From: an uncultured Collinsella sp.
GTDB taxonomy: Bacteria > Actinomycetota > Coriobacteriia > Coriobacteriales > Coriobacteriaceae
Direction of reading: 5' to 3'
DNA: 40,380 nucleotides
NCBI GenBank assembly: GCA_900551975.1
Contig: URYA01000001.1
Coordinates: 1 to 40,380 of the forward strand
The notes below the pieces were generated by a model. The model did not search any database and was not told where the DNA came from. It saw only the letters and a list, made by a program, of their open reading frames with translations. Positions 1 through 8,298 of the stretch are shown here, piece after piece (the stretch's first letter is position 1; each line of letters starts with the position of its first letter). The position numbers and the translations under genes are program-made.

Positions 1-56
1 GTCAGCATCCAAAGATGTCGAAAAATGTCGACTTTGGATGCTGACGTGCATGTTTG
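1..56. repeat. Palindromic repeat family A, copy 1 (14-bp stem; may extend beyond window edge)
   Basis: GTCAGCATCCAAAG (1-14) / CTTTGGATGCTGAC (32-45) inverted repeat; 3-43 identical to 1075-1115. Confidence 0.9.
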
Positions 57-69
57 GGTCGGCGGGGGA

Positions 70-336
70 CTAGGCAATCATTGCATCGAGCGTGATGAGC
101 TCCCTGAGTCGCTCTGTGCGTGTTTGCCCATGGCGCTTTGCCTTCTCGTCAAACGCTTCAAGAACCGATTCACCCACACGTGCCGATAAAACAACGCTTG
201 GCTCATCGGAGATCGACGGCCTTCCCAGCTTGATGGTGCGGCCCTTCGGCCACTCATCTTTTTCGTATGCCTCCGCGGCTTTCTCCAACTCTCCGGGAGC
301 AAACCCCATCATCTTTTCGAGCTGCTTAGCGTCTAT
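70..336 (-). CDS. Ribbon-helix-helix (CopG/BrnA-like) DNA-binding protein, antitoxin-like; start codon uncertain (ATA after strong SD, or downstream ATGs)
   Basis: GRP motif then VVLSARV strand and two helices (ESVLEAFDEKAKRHG, RTERLRELI); AGGAGG at 346-341 followed by CGCT-ATA. Confidence 0.7.
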   Translation of the reverse strand: MDAKQLEKMMGFAPGELEKAAEAYEKDEWPKGRTIKLGRPSISDEPSVVLSARVGESVLEAFDEKAKRHGQTRTERLRELITLDAMIA

Positions 337-386
337 AGCGCCTCCTATCGATCGGCATATTGTCGAGCGTCGGTTCTCGGATTCTC

Positions 387-414
387 TTTTTGTATACAAT
401 TTTGTAGACAAAAA
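387..414. promoter_or_regulatory. Putative operator upstream of RHH gene
   Basis: TTGTATACAA (390-399) and TTGTAGACAA (402-411) within a near-perfect 28-bp inverted repeat. Confidence 0.55.
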
Positions 415-732
415 TACAAGCAGTTTATCGGGCTAATTAGCTTGTTTTGACCCGCCTGTTCGATAGGAAATGAGTATTGACGGCTTCGCTACTCCTTTGC
501 TTTTCAGCTTGGAATTTGGATGCTCATTGAACTTCCGGAGGGGAGCGCTTTATTAAGCTATCGAGATTCTGGGCAGGAACTCTCACTGGTCTTCGGTAAT
601 GGGACCAGCTTAATTCGCGACACAGTGTGTCGCGAATGGGAGTAGTCGTTAGGTGTCCTTCAATGGCTACTCATATAAGAACGTCTAAGTGTCGGATTTT
701 GTCATTTAGTGTCGTTCTCAGCGACTATTCTG

Positions 733-974
733 GAGGGTCGTGGTCAAAAAGGGCAAATATGAGTACTGTTGCCATTATGGTTGCATTTATTTTGCTATAA
801 ATAGCAGCTCCTGATGAGATTTGTTCCCATTAGGAGCTACTTTTATTGAACATATGAGGAGAAATAACGTCGTCTGCGGACGAGTGGAACGTTGAATAGT
901 TCCTGAAGTGATCAAAATCGCTGCTACTAAACAGGTAGCAGTACTCATATTTGCCCTTTTTTGACCACAGCCCT
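733..974. repeat. ~41-bp inverted repeats enclosing ~160 bp (MITE-like, invertible segment or long RNA stem)
   Basis: GAGGGTCGTGGTCAAAAAGGGCAAATATGAGTACTGTTGCC (733-773) vs reverse complement of 934-975. Confidence 0.8.
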
Positions 975-1067
975 CTCGGAAACCTTTCCAGAGGCGTCAA
1001 ACAGCCATAATCCAAAGGTCGCCTCAAACAATTAGCTGGCTAAGAGCGTCCATGGCTACCCAAAAGC

Positions 1068-1128
1068 TGTACACCAGCATCCAAAGATGTCGAAAAATGT
1101 CGACTTTGGATGCTGGCGTACATGTTTG
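1068..1128. repeat. Palindromic repeat family A, copy 2
   Basis: TGTACACCAGCATCCAAAG...CTTTGGATGCTGGCGTACA; same core as 3-43, same orientation. Confidence 0.9.
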
Positions 1129-1174
1129 TGCCGTATTGGTTTGTGCGTTGGGGCGGGCCGACCGCAATGGCACA

Positions 1175-1420
1175 CTAGAGCAGATTCTCCTGCACCCATG
1201 CGATGATGTCGCTTGACTCGTAGAGCGGTTCGCCATCGATGAATAGACAGGGAACCTGGCGCTTTCCGCCGACGGCGATGAGTGTCTGTTCGGCATCGGA
1301 GTCGGTTGAGATGTTGCGCTCGGGAATGGTTACGCCGTTATCGGCCAAAAAGCGCTTGACCTTTAAGCAATACGGGCAGCCAGTCATAACGTAGAGCACG
1401 AGCTCATGATCAGTAGCCAT
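1175..1420 (-). CDS. Glutaredoxin-like protein
   Basis: CPYC active site, QVPCLFIDG, ESSDI; GGAG SD before ATG at 1420. Confidence 0.9.
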   Translation of the reverse strand: MATDHELVLYVMTGCPYCLKVKRFLADNGVTIPERNISTDSDAEQTLIAVGGKRQVPCLFIDGEPLYESSDIIAWVQENLL

Positions 1421-1471
1421 AGGTCTCCAATCGGTTGAAGTTTTGATTGAAATACCCAAAGCCGCCGCAGT

Positions 1472-2299
1472 CTATGCGCACGTCAACGACGACTCGATGG
1501 CCTGGACCAGAAACGCCGTAGCTCCGGTGCCGCAGGGCTTGTCGTAGTAGTCGATAAAGCGCCGGTCGGCAAGATAGCCGTGGGCGAGGCCCAGGTACGC
1601 TTCGTTCTGGGGTTCGCGTCCCCAGTTGAGACCAATCCAACGACGATGCATCGCGACAAGCTTGCGAGCCTCGCTTCCATTCGCATCGCCATCGCCCATG
1701 GCAATCGAGAGTTGGCCCAGAATAGCGCGTTCAAGTTCCTTCATGTCGTTCCATGCCTCGGGGTCCATGTCCAGCAGTGCTTCGTTTGCTGCGTCGATCG
1801 CCTCGTCGCCGTAGCGCTTCCGGGCTTCGGCGCCGTAGCGCTCCTCGTTTTCCTGCACGGTGCGCCAGCGCTCCAGTTGCGGCAGGACGGCGCCCATGAG
1901 CGAGACGGCTTCGTCGAGCGACATACCGGTGTTTTGTGCCAGGCGCGGGGCACAATCCTCGATCATTGCCTCCATGGTGGTGTCGTAGATGTACTTGCCG
2001 TGGTCGTAGCACCACTTGCAGTAATGGTCGGTCGTGGCGCCTGTGGCATCGGTGCCGCAGGCGTCGGGCGTGAGTATCATGCCGCAGCTCTGGCAATAAT
2101 GCTCGGGCATTTCGAGCAGGTGGGACAACGGCTCGCCGGTTACGGCGGCAATGAGCTTCATCATGTCGATGCCCGGTGTGACCTCGCCGCGTTCCCAACG
2201 GCTGATGGCTTGGCGTGTGACAAAGAGCTTAGCGGCGAGTTGCTCTTGGGTAAGGTGATGGGCGCGACGGACAGCGATGAGCTTTTCTGCAAAGGCCAT
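1472..2299 (-). CDS. XRE-family HTH + zinc-ribbon + TipAS antibiotic-recognition domain protein
   Basis: LTQEQLA...VTRQAISRWERG HTH; YCQSCGM...YCKWCY zinc ribbon; EARKRYG...YLADRRFIDYYD TipAS-like C-terminus. Confidence 0.85.
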   Translation of the reverse strand: MAFAEKLIAVRRAHHLTQEQLAAKLFVTRQAISRWERGEVTPGIDMMKLIAAVTGEPLSHLLEMPEHYCQSCGMILTPDACGTDATGATTDHYCKWCYDHGKYIYDTTMEAMIEDCAPRLAQNTGMSLDEAVSLMGAVLPQLERWRTVQENEERYGAEARKRYGDEAIDAANEALLDMDPEAWNDMKELERAILGQLSIAMGDGDANGSEARKLVAMHRRWIGLNWGREPQNEAYLGLAHGYLADRRFIDYYDKPCGTGATAFLVQAIESSLTCA

Positions 2300-2329
2300 A
2301 ACGGCTCCTTTCTGCTGGTTGATGGCTTA

Positions 2330-2373
2330 AGCATACGCGGCGGCAGGCGCCCTTCCAAGCAACCGTTGGTTGC
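2330..2373 (-). promoter_or_regulatory. Putative sigma70 promoter (TTGGAA-17-TATGCT) with adjacent palindrome GCAACC-N3-GGTTGC
   Basis: -10 at 2335-2330, -35 at 2358-2353, palindrome 2359-2373. Confidence 0.5.
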
Positions 2374-2440
2374 ACGACGGAGGACCGCGGCGAAGAATTG
2401 CGCACAACGCCTCACACCTCCATGCCGTACAATGACCGGC

Positions 2441-3178
2441 ATGGAACCTATCGCACACATACATACCGACCTGCCGCAGAAGTTCGGCATTCCGCGCAAC
2501 AGCTTTTTGGCGCCTCATCTGCAGGGACGCATCGTTTTTGAGCCGGAATTTGCCTCCAATGCAGCGGTTGAGGGTCTGGACTCCTTCTCTCACCTGTGGC
2601 TGCTGTGGCGCTTCGAAAACGGAACGCCCGGCGGCACGGCTAAGGACATAGCCGCCGATGCCAAAACGCAGGACAGGTCCGGTACCAACGCAAAATGGTC
2701 GAAGACCGTGCGTCCGCCGCGTCTGGGCGGAGCCGAACGTGTGGGAGTGTTTGCCACACGCAGTCCGTTTCGCCCTAATCCCATCGGGCTCACCTGCGTC
2801 AAACTCAGCCGTGTCGAGCTCACCGACGATGGCCCTATCATCCATGTGCTGGGGGCCGACCTGCGTGACGGCACGCCCATCTACGACATTAAGCCCTACA
2901 TCCCGTTTGCGGACTGTCACCCGGATGCGACCGGCGGCTGGATTAAAGACGCGCCGTGGCAAGAGCTCGATGTCGAGTTTCCGCAAGCTCTGCAGGATAT
3001 GGTCCCGCCCGCAAAGATTTCTGGCTTGGTCGAGGTCCTTTGCCAAGATCCGCGCCGCGCGGGCAGCAAGCACGAGCCAAACCGCGTCTATCATCTGGCC
3101 TACGCCGGGCTCGACATATCGTTTACGGTCGACGAAACCCAGCTAACCGTAGTCGCCGTCAACGACGCGCAAGACTAA
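2441..3178 (+). CDS. trmO: tRNA m6t6A37 methyltransferase TrmO (TsaA)
   Basis: KFGIPR, TVRPPRLGG, GVFATRSPFRPNPIGLT, DGTPIYDIKPY, QDPR motifs. Confidence 0.92.
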   Translation: MEPIAHIHTDLPQKFGIPRNSFLAPHLQGRIVFEPEFASNAAVEGLDSFSHLWLLWRFENGTPGGTAKDIAADAKTQDRSGTNAKWSKTVRPPRLGGAERVGVFATRSPFRPNPIGLTCVKLSRVELTDDGPIIHVLGADLRDGTPIYDIKPYIPFADCHPDATGGWIKDAPWQELDVEFPQALQDMVPPAKISGLVEVLCQDPRRAGSKHEPNRVYHLAYAGLDISFTVDETQLTVVAVNDAQD

Positions 3179-3289
3179 CCAGCCATTCGTCCGCACCCGT
3201 CAAATTAAGCGCCAAACTCCGCGCCAAAACCGTCCACGCTGGTGGACAATAACGCCTACCAAAACAATCACTTTGCACGGGGGCTCAGC

Positions 3290-4504
3290 ATGAAATACGA
3301 CTTTAGCTCGCTTATCGACCGCCACGGCATGGACTCCATCGCCGTTGACTCCTGGGGCGAGATCCCCGGTATGGCTCCGAACGCACCCGACGAGGGCTTC
3401 GACCGCATTCCCATGTGGGTGGCCGACATGAATTTTGCCACGGTGCCCACGGTCCAGGAGCACATCATTCAGCGCGCTCAGCATCCCATGTTTGGCTACT
3501 TTAACCCGCGCGCCGAGTACTTCGACCGCATTATCGAATGGCAGGGCCGCCGTAATGGCGTTGAGGGCTTGGCACCTGAGCACATTGGCTACGAAAACGG
3601 CGTGCTGGGCGGTGTCGTGTCGACGTTGCGCGCGTATGTCCAGCCAGGCGATGCGGTGCTGGTCCATAGGCCCACCTACATCGGTTTTACCAAGTCCATC
3701 GAAGCCGCGGGCTATCGCATTGTCCACAGCCCGCTTAAGCTCGACGATCAAGGCGTGTGGCGTATGGACTTTGAGGACATGGAGCACAAGCTCGCCCAAA
3801 ACCACATCCATGCTGCGGTGTTCTGCTCGCCGCACAATCCCTGCGGCCGCGTATGGGAGCGCGACGAGATCGAGCGCGCCATGGACATCTATCGCCAGCA
3901 CGATTGCGTGGTGATATCGGACGAGATTTGGTCCGATATCATCCTGCCGGGGCACAAGCATATCCCGACGCAGTCGGTGAGCGAGGATGCCCGCATGCGC
4001 ACGGTCGCCCTCTATGCGCCGAGCAAGACGTTTAACCTGGCGGGCCTGGTCGGCAGCTACCACATTGTCTACAACGGGACGCTGCGTGACCGCGTGTGCG
4101 CCGTGTCCAACAAGACTCACTACAACGAGATGAACGTCCTCTCCATGCATGCGCTTATCGGTGCCTACCAGCCGCAAGGTTACGAGTGGGTGGACGAGCT
4201 CAACCAGGTGCTTGCCGGTAATATCGAGTACTTCTGCAATTACGTGGACGAGCATTTTGAGGGTGTGTCCTATTCACGTCCGCAGGGCACGTACATGGTG
4301 TTTCTGGACTGCACCGAGTGGTGCCGCGAGCATGGCCGCGATATTCAGTGGTTGCTCGACGCGGGGGCGCGCGTGGGCGTTGGCTACCAGGATGGCCGTC
4401 CGTTCCACGGGCCCTGCCACATTCGTGTGAATCTGGCGCTGCCGCTTTCGCGCGTAAGGGAAGCGTGCGACCGCCTGGACCGCTACGTTTTTAATGCACG
4501 GTAA
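3290..4504 (+). CDS. MalY/PatB-family PLP-dependent aminotransferase / C-S lyase
   Basis: PMWVADMNF, CSPHNPCGRVW, SDEIW, APSKTFNLAG. Confidence 0.9.
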   Translation: MKYDFSSLIDRHGMDSIAVDSWGEIPGMAPNAPDEGFDRIPMWVADMNFATVPTVQEHIIQRAQHPMFGYFNPRAEYFDRIIEWQGRRNGVEGLAPEHIGYENGVLGGVVSTLRAYVQPGDAVLVHRPTYIGFTKSIEAAGYRIVHSPLKLDDQGVWRMDFEDMEHKLAQNHIHAAVFCSPHNPCGRVWERDEIERAMDIYRQHDCVVISDEIWSDIILPGHKHIPTQSVSEDARMRTVALYAPSKTFNLAGLVGSYHIVYNGTLRDRVCAVSNKTHYNEMNVLSMHALIGAYQPQGYEWVDELNQVLAGNIEYFCNYVDEHFEGVSYSRPQGTYMVFLDCTEWCREHGRDIQWLLDAGARVGVGYQDGRPFHGPCHIRVNLALPLSRVREACDRLDRYVFNAR

Positions 4505-4514
4505 GTGCGCGCTG

Positions 4515-4556
4515 CATGCGGGGCCTTCTGCCAAGTCGGCTAAAAGGCCCCGCATG
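4515..4556 (+). terminator. Stem-loop after PatB gene
   Basis: CATGCGGGGCCTT / AAGGCCCCGCATG 13-bp stem; no U tract. Confidence 0.55.
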
Positions 4557-4648
4557 GTAAAACGTCTGCAACCATTGGGCACTCGTGTGGTTTTGTTTGC
4601 TATTATTTTTTACCATTTCAGTCAGTAAACAGGATCTTCTAGAGCTCG

Positions 4649-5518
4649 ATGAAAAGACCTCGCCGCTCGGTTGCCATATCGTTGTTTGTCGCGCTTGCGG
4701 TAGCGTGCGCCTTTGTCGTAGCGATAGCTGGCTGTTCCGGGTCGAATGGCAGGGCCTCGACGTCTGCATTAGAAGGCCTGGACGCCTCGCAGGCCAAAGA
4801 CGACAACCTTAAGACGCTCAATGTTGGCAGCGACCTCTATCCACCGTTTGTGTATACCGACGAATACGGCGATATCGTTGGCCTGGATGTCGAGATATTG
4901 ACCGAGGCTTTGGCCCGCATTGGTTACAAGCCAAAGTACCAGCTGATCGATTGGGAAAAGAAGAACGAGCTACTGGCGAGCGGCGAGCTCGATTGCGTCA
5001 TGGGCAGCTTTAGCATGACGGGTCGCGAAAACGAGTATCGTTGGGCCGGCCCGTACCTTGCGAGCCGCCAGGTGGTCGCGGTCGATCCCCAGAGCGATAT
5101 CTACACGCTTGCCGATCTTGAGGATAAGGTCGTGGCGGTCCAGTCCACCACCAAGCCCGAGGACATTTTGCTCAATCATACAAATGAAAACGTTCCGCAG
5201 ATCAAAGAGCTCTACTGCTTTTCGGACCGCTCATACCTGAACCCGGCGCTCGTCGAGGGCCTGGTCGACGCCATCGCCGCGCATGAGTCCTCGCTGCTCA
5301 CCTACGAAAAAGACTATGGTGTGACGTATCGCATTTTGGATGAGCCGCTGCTAGAGGTTGGTTTGGGCACCGCTTTCGATATCAACGATACGCGCGGCAT
5401 CGACGTTAAGCTCACTCATGCCTACCAAGAAATGCTTGCCGATGGCACCATGGAACGTTTGGTGTCAAAGTACTTTGATGACCCTTCGCCATTTTTGAAT
5501 ATGGAGGGCCTGTCATGA
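4649..5518 (+). CDS. Amino-acid-type solute-binding lipoprotein (SBP family 3)
   Basis: Lipobox IAGC; YPPFVY, GLDVEI, SMTGRE motifs; ATGA overlap with next gene. Confidence 0.88.
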   Translation: MKRPRRSVAISLFVALAVACAFVVAIAGCSGSNGRASTSALEGLDASQAKDDNLKTLNVGSDLYPPFVYTDEYGDIVGLDVEILTEALARIGYKPKYQLIDWEKKNELLASGELDCVMGSFSMTGRENEYRWAGPYLASRQVVAVDPQSDIYTLADLEDKVVAVQSTTKPEDILLNHTNENVPQIKELYCFSDRSYLNPALVEGLVDAIAAHESSLLTYEKDYGVTYRILDEPLLEVGLGTAFDINDTRGIDVKLTHAYQEMLADGTMERLVSKYFDDPSPFLNMEGLS

Positions 5519-7707
5519 TCGATGCACCCGACCACGCCGCTCAGGAGCGGGTCAATCGTTCGGCAGGGGCATGGCTCCTTGTCGCTCTGCTGGGGATAGC
5601 GCTCTCGGTTGTTGCCGGCATGATGAGCTACGGCTACACGACAGCTCAGGCCGAGCAACGCTTTGCCGACGTTGTCGATTACGTGGCGACGCAGAGCCTT
5701 TCCTACGATGCATTCAATAGCGCCTATACGACCAAAAACCTGATTCGCGTTATGGAGATCGCCGGAGAGACAGCGCGCGATATGGAGCGCGACGGTTCGG
5801 TGGATAACGCCATGCTGGAGCAATATACCGACCAGTTCAACGTGAGCGCACTGATCGTGACGGACGCATCGGGCAATTTGGTGTCCGAGTCCTCGACGGA
5901 TGGCGTGGGCTACGAGTTGCTCGCTACGTATCTCAAGGAAGCACCCGTGCTGGAGGTGGCAGCCCATCCGCTTAAGTCCTATACCGCCCGCATTACGCTT
6001 TCGGATGATTCGGTTGCAGACATTGGTTGCGTGACCCGGCAAGATGGCGAGGGCATCGTTATCGCGGTCAGGCATCAGAGCGCGAAGGCAGTTGCAAGCA
6101 ATACGCTCAAACTGCAGAGCCTGCTCGGTGGTTATGAGACCATCGACAGTGGCAATATCGTGATCGAAAACGATGGCAAGGTCGTTGCGGCCAATGCCGT
6201 TGAACCCACCATATTGGGCGTATTCAATCTGCCTGCAACGGATGTCTTTATTGTCGACGGTATTAAGGATCGATGCCTGCCCGGCAAAGTCCGACTGGTC
6301 AACGCCAGCGGCGAGTGGTATTTGGGCACATTTGGAAAAGCGCGCGGGTTCTACGTGTACACCTATGCCTCGGCGCAGCGCTACTTTGAGGTCGTCGCGG
6401 CTGTTGCTGCCGGCGTGCTGGTGCTCTACAGCGGTGTTATAGCCACTGTTGTGATGGTGCGCCGCCGCGCTGATCGTCGACGTTTGACGGACTTGCTGCA
6501 GCAGGAGCGCGACTATGGCGACAAACTGGCTAAGGCGGCGCGTGAGGCCTCGTCTGCCAACTCGGCAAAGACAGAGTTTTTGCGTCGCATGAGCCACGAT
6601 CTACGCACGCCCATCAACGGCATTCGCGGTATGGTTGAGGTTGGCGATGCCAATGCGGACGATCTGCAAAAGCAGACCGAGTGCCGCTCAAAGATCTGGA
6701 CGGCATCGGGACTACTGCTCGACCTTGCCAACGAGGCCCTGGATATGAGTCGTTTGGAGAGCGGGCAGATTGAACTGGAGCTTGTTCCCACAAACTTGGT
6801 GACCCTCACCCGCGAAGTACGCGATATTCTGGAGCGCCAGGCCGAGGAGCGTTTGGTGACGATCGCCTGCGACCAGAGGACTCTCGTCCATCCCTATGTT
6901 CGGGTGAGCGTGACGCATCTCAAGCGCTTATTGGTCAATATTGCCGGTAATGCCGTCAAGTACAACCGTCGGGGCGGCTATGTTCGTCTGGTGTGCCGCG
7001 AGGTGGAACCGGTGAATGGCGTCCCCGTGTACGAATACACCATTGCCGATAACGGCATTGGCATGAGCGAGGAGTTCCAACAGCATCTGTATGAGCCGTT
7101 CAGCCGCGAGGAGCAGCAGGTTGAGGGCGCTTCGTCGGGGACCGGCCTGGGTGCGTCCATTGCCAAGCAGCTGGTCGAGCTTATGGGTGGGACCATGAGC
7201 TTTTCGAGCATCTTGGGGCAGGGGACAACCTTTACCATTCGCCTCCCGTTTGAGAAGTGCAAGTGCTCCGAGATTCCTCAGGCAGTGCGCGTGGGCGCGG
7301 GAGACGGCGATGCGCTCCAGGGCTTGCGCGTTTTGCTCGTAGAGGATAACGACCTGAACGCCGAGATCGCGCAGTTTACGCTCGGCCGTGCCGGTGCCGT
7401 CGTAACGTATGCTAAGGATGGCGAGTCTGCCGTTGAGATGTTTGCCGCGAGCGCGTCGCACGAGTACGACGTGGTGCTGATGGACATCATGATGCCCGGT
7501 ATCGATGGCCTTGAGGCCACGCGTCGGATTCGAGCGCTCGATCGCGAGGATGCCGCGACCACGCCGATTATCGCCGTGAGTGCCAACGCCTTTGCCGACG
7601 ACCGCAGGCTTTCGCGCGAGGCGGGTATGGACGCGCACCTGAGTAAACCCGTGAGCTCGCAGGAACTTGTTGAGGCGCTTGCGCACATAGCTGCCGACGC
7701 TTTATAA
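5515..7707 (+). CDS. Membrane hybrid sensor histidine kinase (HisKA-HATPase-REC)
   Basis: Two TM segments; MSHDLRTPING, NAVKYN, DNGIGM, GTGLG; receiver VEDN, LMDIMMP, KP. Confidence 0.95.
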   Translation: MIDAPDHAAQERVNRSAGAWLLVALLGIALSVVAGMMSYGYTTAQAEQRFADVVDYVATQSLSYDAFNSAYTTKNLIRVMEIAGETARDMERDGSVDNAMLEQYTDQFNVSALIVTDASGNLVSESSTDGVGYELLATYLKEAPVLEVAAHPLKSYTARITLSDDSVADIGCVTRQDGEGIVIAVRHQSAKAVASNTLKLQSLLGGYETIDSGNIVIENDGKVVAANAVEPTILGVFNLPATDVFIVDGIKDRCLPGKVRLVNASGEWYLGTFGKARGFYVYTYASAQRYFEVVAAVAAGVLVLYSGVIATVVMVRRRADRRRLTDLLQQERDYGDKLAKAAREASSANSAKTEFLRRMSHDLRTPINGIRGMVEVGDANADDLQKQTECRSKIWTASGLLLDLANEALDMSRLESGQIELELVPTNLVTLTREVRDILERQAEERLVTIACDQRTLVHPYVRVSVTHLKRLLVNIAGNAVKYNRRGGYVRLVCREVEPVNGVPVYEYTIADNGIGMSEEFQQHLYEPFSREEQQVEGASSGTGLGASIAKQLVELMGGTMSFSSILGQGTTFTIRLPFEKCKCSEIPQAVRVGAGDGDALQGLRVLLVEDNDLNAEIAQFTLGRAGAVVTYAKDGESAVEMFAASASHEYDVVLMDIMMPGIDGLEATRRIRALDREDAATTPIIAVSANAFADDRRLSREAGMDAHLSKPVSSQELVEALAHIAADAL

Positions 7708-7709
7708 GC

Positions 7710-7749
7710 ATATGGCCCGGTTCCCAGGTGGGTTGGAACCGGGCCATAT
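7710..7749. terminator. Probable bidirectional terminator between convergent genes
   Basis: ATATGGCCCGGTTCC / GGAACCGGGCCATAT 15-bp stem. Confidence 0.7.
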
Positions 7750-7777
7750 TGCTATTTGTGACGTCTGTTCTTGAGGC

Positions 7778-8257
7778 TTACTTTTCCTGAATCTGCTTAC
7801 CGCAGAGATGCTCAATCGTAATCTCGTAGAGCTGGACGCCCTTAATGTCCTTGGCGATTTCCTCTTCGACTTCCTCGGCAGAAGGGTAGTACTTAAGCGC
7901 GAGCTGGCGGACTTTATCCTCGATAAACGCGGGAGTGTCATTTGCCAGGCGACAGCGGCCAAAGACCACGGTACTCATAACGTAGGGAGCCCAGTCACCG
8001 TCCTGGTACCACTCGTTGCCGTAAACGGTAAAGCAGACCTTGTCATCGCGCTTGAGTGCGTCGACCTTGTGGCCGGCTTTGGCACCATGGAAATAAATCT
8101 TGTCGTGCTCGGCGTCGAAGAAGTAGTTGACGGGAATGGCATAAGGGTAGCCATCGTCGCCGTTGACGGCAAAGACTCCGCGCTTGCAGGTGGCGAGCAA
8201 CTCGCGCGCTTCCTCGTCAGTGATGGCACGTTTCTTTCGACGTAAGGGCCTAAACAT
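7778..8257 (-). CDS. Pyridoxamine 5'-phosphate oxidase-like / Nim-family flavin-binding protein
   Basis: PYAIPVNY, IYFHGAKAGHK, KVCFTV, STVVFG. Confidence 0.85.
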   Translation of the reverse strand: MFRPLRRKKRAITDEEARELLATCKRGVFAVNGDDGYPYAIPVNYFFDAEHDKIYFHGAKAGHKVDALKRDDKVCFTVYGNEWYQDGDWAPYVMSTVVFGRCRLANDTPAFIEDKVRQLALKYYPSAEEVEEEIAKDIKGVQLYEITIEHLCGKQIQEK

Positions 8258-8298
8258 CGTTGGCTTCCTTTCTGCTGCGTATGGTTGTTGAGCACAAA

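Noticed and set aside
830..1027. 65-aa ORF in the AT-rich island
   Set aside because: No SD or motif; it runs through inverted repeats and is probably spurious.
1580..2440. N-terminal extension making TrmO a 532-aa fusion
   Set aside because: Antisense to the XRE-TipAS gene; TrmO homology starts at ATG 2441.
7778..8257. Bona fide metronidazole-resistance nim gene
   Set aside because: Only family-level similarity is visible, and such homologs are widespread without resistance.
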